Assembly: GCA_032128375.1 (NCBI GenBank) | Contig: JAQBGU010000049.1 | Span: forward strand, 1-55,715 | Length of the DNA: 55,715 bases | Reading direction: 5' to 3' | Origin: Deltaproteobacteria bacterium | Lineage (GTDB): Bacteria; Myxococcota_A; UBA9160; SMWR01 | Part shown: positions 47,879 to 55,715 of the stretch, one piece after another | Layout of the letters: each line of letters starts with the position of its first letter | Position numbering within the stretch: the stretch's first letter is position 1 | Translations under genes and position numbers: made by a program | The notes under the pieces: model-generated | What the model was told of the DNA's origin: nothing | The model's database searches: none | The model's input: only the letters and a program-made list of their open reading frames with translations

Positions 47879-49131
47879 ACAAGCTGTTCGTACAGGTCTA
47901 TCTCACAGTACTCGGTGTGGTGATTCTGTTCGCGCTGAGTCTTCCGCTGCTCGCGCTGCTGCTACCCATCGATGAGGCTCACCAGAAAACCCTAGATGGT
48001 GTTGCGAACTTATTGGCCTCGCAATTGCCGTCTGGCGCGGATGGGCGCGAACTCGAACGTTCCGTCGAGCAACTCTCTGAGCAGCTCGGGCTAAAGCTGT
48101 CCGTTCGTGATGAGGACGGGAAACTACTCGCGGCTGTGCGCGCCGAGCCGGCCGCAATCGACCCGGCACTACTCGAGAAGCGATGGTTGAGGTCGGGTCG
48201 AGGCCGCGGGGCAGCTTCGCTGCGGCTTCCCGACGGCCGCTGGCTCGTCATCTCGCCCGACCGTGCCGCTCGACATCACGCCGGTTTCCTGTTCAGTGTC
48301 GCGGTCCTGAGTGGTATCGCGGCCATCGGCGCGTGGCCGGTCGTTCGCCGCATCACGCGGCGCTTGGAGAGGCTCAAGCGACAGGTTGACGAGCTCGGCG
48401 CCGGTGATCTTTCGATCCGCGTCGAAGTCCACGGGAGCGACGAGGTGGCCGACCTGGCGCGGAGTTTCAACCGGGCGGCCGATCGCATCGAACGGCTGGT
48501 GTCCGCACAGCGCAACACGCTGGCGAGCGCATCCCACGAGCTACGTTCGCCGTTGGCGCGAATCCGCGTTGCGGTGGAATTGCTGGCCGGCGACGGTCGC
48601 GAAGCATTGCGCGACCAGGTGGCGAGTGACATCGTCGAGTTGGACGAGCTGATCGACGAATTGCTGTTGGCCAGTCGCCTCGAAGCAGCGGTCGAACTAG
48701 AACGACCCGAGCCGATTGACCTGCTTGCTCTTCTCGCCGAAGAAGCGGTCCGGATCGACGCGATTGTCAGCGGAGACAACGCAGTGATCGAAGGTGACCC
48801 CCGTATGCTGCGCCGGCTGGTTCGAAACCTTCTTGAAAACGCGCAACGACATGGCGACCCAGGGTCGATCGAAGCCAGTATCGCGTCGCTCGCTTCTGGC
48901 GGCGTTCAGATTCGCGTAACCGACGCGGGACCCGGTGTGGTGGAGACCGAGCGCGAGCGAATCTTCGAGCCGTTCTATCGAGCGGCCGGAATCCACGCAG
49001 GCGGTGTCGGGCTCGGGCTCGCGCTGGTTCGGCGCATCGCACAACACCATGGTGGCGATGCGAGCTGCCTGCCGCGCGAAGGTGGAGGAACCTGCTTCCA
49101 GGTAGAACTCGGGACCCGGCAGAGCGCGTAG
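47875..49131 (+). CDS. HAMP-domain sensor histidine kinase
   Basis: 2 TMs, HAMP, SHELRSPLARI, NLLENA, DAGPG, GLGLALV. Confidence 0.95.
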   Translation: MNKLFVQVYLTVLGVVILFALSLPLLALLLPIDEAHQKTLDGVANLLASQLPSGADGRELERSVEQLSEQLGLKLSVRDEDGKLLAAVRAEPAAIDPALLEKRWLRSGRGRGAASLRLPDGRWLVISPDRAARHHAGFLFSVAVLSGIAAIGAWPVVRRITRRLERLKRQVDELGAGDLSIRVEVHGSDEVADLARSFNRAADRIERLVSAQRNTLASASHELRSPLARIRVAVELLAGDGREALRDQVASDIVELDELIDELLLASRLEAAVELERPEPIDLLALLAEEAVRIDAIVSGDNAVIEGDPRMLRRLVRNLLENAQRHGDPGSIEASIASLASGGVQIRVTDAGPGVVETERERIFEPFYRAAGIHAGGVGLGLALVRRIAQHHGGDASCLPREGGGTCFQVELGTRQSA

Positions 49132-49248
49132 CAGGGCCGCACCCGGCCAGTTGTAGTGCGCTTTACAAGATGCCTAGACGCGGCGCCAGATTCGCGCCAA
49201 GCTATTCCTTTGCTTCGGCTACCATCAACCCTACGAACAGGACAAGAA

Positions 49249-50295
49249 ATGAAGATCTCGACACAGATGGGTTATGCCAGGGGTTTTGAAGAGTCGGTCG
49301 CTGAAATCGTCGCGATGGAAAAGGAGGGGCTCGACACGGTTTGGGTCGCAGAGGCTTACGGCTTCGACGGCGTGAGCTTGATGGGATATCTCGCGGCGCG
49401 AACGCAGACAGTGCGCATCGCGTCGGGCATTCTGCCGATCTATACTCGGACCCCGACCCTGCTGGCCATGACCGCCGCGGGTGTCGACGCGCTATCGGGT
49501 GGTCGCGCGATGCTCGGGCTAGGCGCCTCGGGACCGCAGGTCATCGAAGGTTTCCACGGGGTTCCGTACGACGCGCCGGTCGGGCGAACGCGCGAAATCA
49601 TCGAGATCTGCCGCAAGGTGTGGAAGCGCGAGCGCGTGCAGCACGAAGGGCGGCGCTACACGGTACCTCTGCCGGCCGACCAGGGAACAGGTCTGGGCAA
49701 GCCACTCAAGATGATCACGCATCCAGTTCGCGACGACATCCCGATCGCGATTGCGGCACTCGCGCCCAAGAGCGTCGAGCAGACCGCGGAACTCGCTGAC
49801 GGCTGGCTGCCGATTTTCTACCTCGCGAGCAAGGCGAAGCAACGCTGGGGGGACGCCCTCGAGACCGGTCGCAAGAAGCGGGACCCGTCGCGCGGCCCGC
49901 TGGAAGTATTCGCTGGCGGGGGCGTCGGGATCGGCGAGGGACTCGAAAAGCTGCGCGACCAGGGTCGGCCGATGACCGCATTGTACGTCGGTGGAATGGG
50001 TGCCCGCGGCAAGAACTTCTACAACGATGTCTTTGCAAGCTATGGCTACGAAGACGAAGCCAAGGAAATTCAAGACCTGTACCTGTCGGGCAAGAAAGCC
50101 GAGGCCGCGGCTGCGATACCACAATCGTTCATCGACGCGAGCACGCTGATCGGCCCGCGCTCGTTCGTCGCAGAACGGATTTCGGAGTTGAAAGAATCCG
50201 GTGTAACCAGCTTGAACGTCGGCATCGTCGGCCGGACGCTGCCGGATCGGCTGAATACGCTGGTCGAACTTCGCAAATTGTGTGACGAGGCTTGA
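49249..50295 (+). CDS. LLM class, probably F420-dependent oxidoreductase (Rv3520c-like)
   Basis: WVAEAYGFD, GLGASGPQVIEGFHG, LYVGGMGARGKNFYN. Confidence 0.92.
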   Translation: MKISTQMGYARGFEESVAEIVAMEKEGLDTVWVAEAYGFDGVSLMGYLAARTQTVRIASGILPIYTRTPTLLAMTAAGVDALSGGRAMLGLGASGPQVIEGFHGVPYDAPVGRTREIIEICRKVWKRERVQHEGRRYTVPLPADQGTGLGKPLKMITHPVRDDIPIAIAALAPKSVEQTAELADGWLPIFYLASKAKQRWGDALETGRKKRDPSRGPLEVFAGGGVGIGEGLEKLRDQGRPMTALYVGGMGARGKNFYNDVFASYGYEDEAKEIQDLYLSGKKAEAAAAIPQSFIDASTLIGPRSFVAERISELKESGVTSLNVGIVGRTLPDRLNTLVELRKLCDEA

Positions 50296-50309
50296 GGACG
50301 GAGGCAGAG

Positions 50310-51080
50310 ATGGACTTCCACGTAGGAACCAGTGGCTACAGCTACAAAGAGTGGAAAGGAAACTTCTACCCCGAGAAACTCGCCGCTACCAAGATGCTCG
50401 CCTACTACGCCGAGCGGCTGTCGTCAGTGGAACTCAACAACACCTTCTATCGGATGCCGAAATCAGAGGTGCTGGAATCGTGGGCCGCGCAAGTCCCGGG
50501 CGGCTTCCGTTTCTCGATCAAGGCATCTCGTCGAATCACACACTTCAAGCGGCTCAAGGAAGCTGACGAAGTCACCGACTACCTGTTGCGCAGCGTCGCA
50601 CATCTCGGCGACCGCCTCGGTACCTTGTTGTTCCAACTTCCGCCCAATCTGAAATGCGATCTGCCCCGATTCGATTCGTTCCTCGAGCTGCTTCCCGCAG
50701 GAACGCGCGCGGCCTTCGAGTTTCGACACCCGTCCTGGTTCGACGAGAACGTGTTCGATCGCCTGCGCTCAAGAGATTTCGCCGTGGTTGCCGTCGACAA
50801 CGATGTCGACGAATCCCGAAGTGGGCTGATTCGGACCGCCCCGTTCGGATACCTGCGCCTTCGCCGTCCCGACTACGATGAGGCGGCGCTCACAGACTGG
50901 GCACTGCGAATCCGCGACGCCGGTTGGGACGAGGCTTTCGTGTTCTTCAAGCACGAAGACGCTGGTGCAGGACCGCGCCTGGCGGCCGACTTCGTCGCGG
51001 CCACCGAACGGCTGCAGGATCTTCGGCGTCCCGCGAAGGTTCGTCGAAAAGCTCCGGTCGCAAAGAAAACGACGGGCTGA
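50310..51080 (+). CDS. DUF72 family protein
   Basis: VGTSGYSY, VELNNTFY, FQLPP, FEFRHPSW, YLRLR. Confidence 0.95.
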   Translation: MDFHVGTSGYSYKEWKGNFYPEKLAATKMLAYYAERLSSVELNNTFYRMPKSEVLESWAAQVPGGFRFSIKASRRITHFKRLKEADEVTDYLLRSVAHLGDRLGTLLFQLPPNLKCDLPRFDSFLELLPAGTRAAFEFRHPSWFDENVFDRLRSRDFAVVAVDNDVDESRSGLIRTAPFGYLRLRRPDYDEAALTDWALRIRDAGWDEAFVFFKHEDAGAGPRLAADFVAATERLQDLRRPAKVRRKAPVAKKTTG

Positions 51081-51140
51081 CTTCGCGCATCCGGATCCCA
51101 CCGAGCTGTCCACATATGCTCGAAAGCAATGGAATAGCGT

Positions 51141-52124
51141 CTACTTGAAGTACGGCATAACCTTGTCGGCGTAGAGCTCAAGGCTCGGCCAGCCGAGCTT
51201 TGGCGGAATGCCGCCGCCGAGTGGGAAATTGTGGAAGATCGCGGCGGGGCCCTGCTCGCCCGCCCACGCGAGCGCCTGTTCGGGGGTGAGCACGCGGTAC
51301 TTGCCCTCCTGGCGCAGTTCTTGGATCGTCGTGCATTTCGAGTGTTGGAAGGAAAGTTGGTCCGAGCGCTGCCAGCTAGCGTAGGTGACGGCATCGTGAA
51401 GCAGGTAGGGGCCGATCTGTTTCCAGGTTGCATCCGGGTCTTCTGAGAAATAGGTCATCACCGGCTCACCGGGGTCGACGACGAACGGGGTCTCGACACC
51501 CAGCCGCTCGCATTCCGCCAGATAAATTGCATTCAGGTCGTCGGCGTGAAGGGGCGGCGCGAAGGGCAGCCCGAAGCGAGCCGCCCGCTTCGCGGCCGCC
51601 GCTGTCGATCCACCCACGAAGATCATCGGGTGGGGCTTGGTGACGGGAACTGGCGTCACGACGCACGTCGCTCCGCGGTATTCGAAAGGTTGGCCGGTCC
51701 ACGCCTTGAGCAAAACTTCGAGACACTCGTCCATCAGCTTGCCGCGCTTCTTGAATTCCTTGTTGAGCGCCGCGTATTCATCCGGTCGGTACCCCAAACC
51801 GGCCGTGACCGCGACGCGCCCACCACTGCCGATGTCGAGCGTAGCCAGATCCTCGGCGAGGCGTAGCGGCTCGTAGAGCGGTACGAGCAGCGCCGAGATC
51901 GCCACCATGACTTTTCGAGTTCGGCCGACGACCATCCCGGCCATCGTCAAGGGCGAAGACATGAAACCGTCTTTGACGCCGTGGTGTTCAGACAGCGCAA
52001 TCGACACGAAGCCCTTTTCGTCCGCCCACTCGCACATGTCGAGCGCCGCCGCGTACAGTTCACCTCGACTGGCTTCCCCAAAATCGGGCGCCCGCATATC
52101 GAATCGAAGAGAAGAAATGGCCAT
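51141..52124 (-). CDS. LLM class flavin-dependent oxidoreductase
   Basis: LRFDMRAP, SEHH, PLRLAEDLATLD, GLGYRPDEY. Confidence 0.93.
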   Translation of the reverse strand: MAISSLRFDMRAPDFGEASRGELYAAALDMCEWADEKGFVSIALSEHHGVKDGFMSSPLTMAGMVVGRTRKVMVAISALLVPLYEPLRLAEDLATLDIGSGGRVAVTAGLGYRPDEYAALNKEFKKRGKLMDECLEVLLKAWTGQPFEYRGATCVVTPVPVTKPHPMIFVGGSTAAAAKRAARFGLPFAPPLHADDLNAIYLAECERLGVETPFVVDPGEPVMTYFSEDPDATWKQIGPYLLHDAVTYASWQRSDQLSFQHSKCTTIQELRQEGKYRVLTPEQALAWAGEQGPAAIFHNFPLGGGIPPKLGWPSLELYADKVMPYFK

Positions 52125-52299
52125 CGGGCTCCCGATTGAGGCTGACCTGATTTCGGTCGCGTGTTTCGGTCGAATATTGGGCGAAGAGTCGGAAAAACGA
52201 AGATCGCAGTATAGGCGCACGCCGCACATGTAGTGACGGCTACTCTGTCGATATGTAATCCTATGCGTCTGCGCGCCCCAGTCAGCTCAGGAGACCCCA

Positions 52300-52983
52300 T
52301 TGATCGATCTCTACACATCACCGACCCCGAACGGACACAAGGCCTCGTGCACGCTCGAAGAGCTCGAGATCCCGTACGAGACGCACGTGATCAATCTGGT
52401 GGCGAACCAGCAGAAGGAACCGACCTTCTTGAAGATGAACCCAAACGGCAGGATTCCGGTCATAATCGACCGTGACGAGGACGACTTGGCCGTATTCGAA
52501 AGCGGCGCGATCATGATCTACCTGGCAGAGAAGTCCGGCCGTCTGCTGCCCACCGAACGCCGCGCCCGCGCGCGCGTGATCGAGTGGTTGATGTTCCAGA
52601 TGGGCGGAGTCGGTCCGATGATGGGGCAGGCCAACGTCTTCTTTCGCTACTTCCCGCAGAAGATCCAGTCGGCGATCGATCGCTACCAGAACGAGTCGCG
52701 ACGCTTGTTCGAAGTCCTCGATTCGCGCCTCGCAGAAAGCGAATATTTGGGCGATGACTATTCGATCGCCGACATCGCGAACTGGTGCTGGGTTCGTACC
52801 CACCGCTGGTCGGGCGTTTCCGTCGAAGGTCTCGATCACCTGAATCGCTGGAAGGATGCCTTGAAGGCCAAGCCCGCGCTCCGCAGAGGAGTCGAAGTTC
52901 CATTTGCGGGTGGCCCACCGGCCAACGACGAGAAAGCCGCGGAAAATTTCTCGAAGAACGCTCGCGCGATACTGCAGACCTGA
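52300..52983 (+). CDS. Glutathione S-transferase, YfcG/YghU-like
   Basis: [30 protein letters not shown] start with AGGAG. Confidence 0.93.
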   Translation: MIDLYTSPTPNGHKASCTLEELEIPYETHVINLVANQQKEPTFLKMNPNGRIPVIIDRDEDDLAVFESGAIMIYLAEKSGRLLPTERRARARVIEWLMFQMGGVGPMMGQANVFFRYFPQKIQSAIDRYQNESRRLFEVLDSRLAESEYLGDDYSIADIANWCWVRTHRWSGVSVEGLDHLNRWKDALKAKPALRRGVEVPFAGGPPANDEKAAENFSKNARAILQT

Positions 52984-53051
52984 TCGTTCCTTGCGCAACC
53001 CGCGCCTCGAGCGACAGTTCGAACGATTCGAGCGACCCACACGGAGAAACC

Positions 53052-54056
53052 ATGTCGTCCCGCTACCGCATCTTTGGTTCAGAAAATTCGCCGTTCTCGG
53101 TCAAGACCCGCTCGTATTTCCGCTACAAGGGCATCCCCCACGAATGGGTGGTCCGCAACGCCAGCTCACAGGCCGAATTCAACCAGCACGCGAAGCTACC
53201 GCTGGTTCCGCTGGTGCTGACACCCGATGGCGATGCCATCCAGGATTCCACTCCGATCATCGAGAAGCTCGAAGCGGTGTTTCCCGAGCCGTCAATCCAC
53301 CCCTCTGACCCGACCCTCGCGTTCCTTTCAGCGCTGCTCGAAGAGTTCGCTGACGAGTGGGGAAACAAGTGGATGTTCCACTACCGCTGGGCTCGCGATG
53401 TCGACCAGATCGCATGTTCACGCCGGCTGGTCGTCGAAATGATGCCGGAGCTCGGCGAGGAACAACTCGGCCAGATGGCTGAGGGCATCCGCGCGCGAAT
53501 GACGAGCCGAGTCTACTTCGTCGGCTCCAGCGAACAGACCGCACCGCAGATCGAGAAGTCGTTCTGCGACGCGGTTGCGATCTTGGACGCGCACCTCGAT
53601 GGACGGCCGTATCTGTTCGGCGCGCGCCCGGCTTTCGCCGACTTCGCGCTCTGGGGACAAATCTACAACGCGTCACTCGACCCGACACCCGCAGCGCTCC
53701 TACAGCAGATGGCACCGCGCGTGTGTGAATACATTGGCCGGATGGGCGACCCGAAACAACAGGGAGACTTCGAGAGTTGGGACGCGCTCGCACCGACCTT
53801 GATGCCGATGCTCGCAGAACAGGTCGGCGCGCTATTCCTACCGTGGTCCGACGCCAACTCCCGATGTCTCGCGGAACACGGAGAGAACTTCACGATCGAG
53901 CTCGACGGCAAGAAATGGTCGCAAAAACCCCAGAAATATCACGCTCGATCACTCGCAGCGATCCAGAAGAAGTACGCTGGGGTGGCCGACAACAAGCAAC
54001 TCAACAGAGTGTTGGAAGCGGCTGGTTGCCTGTCCATCCTGAATAGCGCAGATTGA
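53052..54056 (+). CDS. Glutathione S-transferase family protein
   Basis: SPFSVKTRSYFRYK, QDSTPII, DEWGNKWMFHYRW, FADFAL. Confidence 0.9.
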   Translation: MSSRYRIFGSENSPFSVKTRSYFRYKGIPHEWVVRNASSQAEFNQHAKLPLVPLVLTPDGDAIQDSTPIIEKLEAVFPEPSIHPSDPTLAFLSALLEEFADEWGNKWMFHYRWARDVDQIACSRRLVVEMMPELGEEQLGQMAEGIRARMTSRVYFVGSSEQTAPQIEKSFCDAVAILDAHLDGRPYLFGARPAFADFALWGQIYNASLDPTPAALLQQMAPRVCEYIGRMGDPKQQGDFESWDALAPTLMPMLAEQVGALFLPWSDANSRCLAEHGENFTIELDGKKWSQKPQKYHARSLAAIQKKYAGVADNKQLNRVLEAAGCLSILNSAD

Positions 54057-54145
54057 ACCGAGCGGCTCGACGGCTGGGAGACACGACTTCGGCGCTCCGA
54101 TAACACGTCCTCTTGCAGGCCGATCTACAAGGCCAGGAGAACACC

Positions 54146-55228
54146 ATGCGTGCAGCAATCATGCGGGGCAAGAAACTGGTCGTTGACGAGATAGCCGAGC
54201 CCGAACCGGGGCCCGGGCAGGTGCTGGTCAAGACGCTGGCGTGTGGGATCTGTGGGTCGGACCTGCACATGTTGAAGTTCGCCGACCGAATGGTCGAAAT
54301 GGGTGCGCGCACAGGTGCACCTTTATCGATGGATCTGTCTCGCGACATCGTGATGGGTCACGAGTTCTGCGCGGAAATTCTCGACCACGGCCCGAATACC
54401 TCGGGAAACCTGAAGGCGGGCACGCGTGTTTGCTCGATTCCGGTCGCGTTCGGTCCGGGCGGCGTCAACGCGGTCGGCTATTCGAACGAGGTACCGGGCG
54501 GATACGCGGAGCAGATGGTGCTCAACGAAATGATGCTGCTCGAGGTACCCAACGGGCTATCGAGCGAGCACGCGGCGCTGACCGAACCCATGGCGGTTGG
54601 CTACCACGCGGTCGAGAAGGCCAACATCGAGGGGACCGAAGTGCCCATCGTGATCGGCTGCGGTCCCGTCGGCCTGGCGGTGATCGCCGCACTGAAGCTC
54701 AAGGGCGTCGGCCCAATCATTGCGGCGGATTTTTCGAGCACACGCCGAGGCTTTGCGGAGACGCTGGGAGCCGACATCATCGTGGACCCGTCCGATCACT
54801 CGCCGTACAAGGAATGGGAAAGGGTCGCGATCCCGGAAGGCGTCGACTTGAGCAACCCGATGACGGCCATGTTGATGGCCGGCCAGATCCGTCCCGGCGT
54901 CATCTTCGAATGCGTCGGGGTGCCGGGCGTGATCCAAGCCATCATGGAAGGAGCACCGCGCGGTGCGCGAGTCGTCGTCGCCGGTGTCTGCATGGAACAC
55001 GACCATATCGAGCCGATCTTCGGAATCAACAAAGAACTCAATGTGCAATTCGTGCTCGGCTACACACCCGAGGAATTCGCAAGCACACTGCGAAACATCG
55101 CGGAAGGCACAATCAACGTCGCACCGCTGATCACCGGCAAGATCGGCGTCGATGGCGTCGCCAACGCCTTCGAAGAGCTCGCCTCCCCCGACCACCACGC
55201 AAAAATCCTGGTGGAACCGTGGCGCTAG
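54146..55228 (+). CDS. Zinc-binding dehydrogenase (MDR, no structural Zn cysteines)
   Basis: CGICGSDLH, GHE, GCGPVG. Confidence 0.92.
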   Translation: MRAAIMRGKKLVVDEIAEPEPGPGQVLVKTLACGICGSDLHMLKFADRMVEMGARTGAPLSMDLSRDIVMGHEFCAEILDHGPNTSGNLKAGTRVCSIPVAFGPGGVNAVGYSNEVPGGYAEQMVLNEMMLLEVPNGLSSEHAALTEPMAVGYHAVEKANIEGTEVPIVIGCGPVGLAVIAALKLKGVGPIIAADFSSTRRGFAETLGADIIVDPSDHSPYKEWERVAIPEGVDLSNPMTAMLMAGQIRPGVIFECVGVPGVIQAIMEGAPRGARVVVAGVCMEHDHIEPIFGINKELNVQFVLGYTPEEFASTLRNIAEGTINVAPLITGKIGVDGVANAFEELASPDHHAKILVEPWR

Positions 55229-55279
55229 CACGGACTCAGGCACGCAGCGAGGTCGATGTGTGACCCCGGTAGCGGCTGT

Positions 55280-55639
55280 CTAGAGCAGATGATAACGGTC
55301 GCACGCCCAGGCGGCGGCGCCGCTTGCAAGCCAGGTAGACAGGATGATCGCACTCAGTACGTCCGGCCGGCCGTGTCGGCCCACCTCGAAGCGAACGCAC
55401 TGAACCGTGAGTATTCCGATCGCAAACAGCGCCAGCATCGCTGCGACGCTGCGATCGCGCAGCGCGAACAACAGCGCGGGGGCGATGAACGCCACGACGT
55501 GGCCAATCACGACGAGTAGCAACGGAAACAACGTCGACTCTCGAATCGCAGGCAACAGGTAGCGGTCGATCCAGAGTTTTTCGTTGGAAGATTCGTCGGC
55601 TGAGTCGTGATCGAATTTGGAATTCGATGGATCGGTCAT
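55280..55639 (-). CDS. Hypothetical small membrane protein
   Basis: 119 aa with about 3 hydrophobic helices. Confidence 0.6.
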   Translation of the reverse strand: MTDPSNSKFDHDSADESSNEKLWIDRYLLPAIRESTLFPLLLVVIGHVVAFIAPALLFALRDRSVAAMLALFAIGILTVQCVRFEVGRHGRPDVLSAIILSTWLASGAAAWACDRYHLL

Positions 55640-55715
55640 TTCATTGAGTCCCGCAGCGCCGACAGTTTAGTCTGAAGTTCCTCCCGACATAAGGGCCCCG
55701 ATTTCACACAAGTGC

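Overview
GC-rich bacterial chromosomal window with about 50 genes. I see no rRNA, tRNA, CRISPR array or intact mobile element. Most genes belong to paralog-expanded oxidative/catabolic families: 4 luciferase-like monooxygenases, 3 PhyH dioxygenases, a Rieske oxygenase, 2 acyl-CoA dehydrogenase-fold enzymes, 2 CaiB CoA-transferases, 2 Zn dehydrogenases, 2 GSTs and amidohydrolases. It also holds an envelope glycosylation block (radical SAM, epimerase, nucleotidyltransferase, GT2, methyltransferase, TMTC-like and GT-C membrane proteins), a large PEP-CTERM protein and a Spy/CpxP-response regulator-kinase module. This repertoire resembles uncultured Myxococcota/Binatia-like bacteria (inference only). 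The most notable items are: (1) two tandem secreted 388-aa putative copper monooxygenases with an identical C-terminal tail encoded by mostly different codons, plus a deleted remnant of a third copy; (2) a lysyl-oxidase-like domain in the PEP-CTERM protein; (3) a PhyH that closely resembles eukaryotic peroxisomal PHYH; (4) an RluA pseudouridine synthase fused to an RlmI/RlmK-like methyltransferase; (5) several genes broken by deletions or frameshifts; (6) a structured intergenic region with a 16-bp inverted repeat. All family calls come from motif recognition by eye, not database searches.
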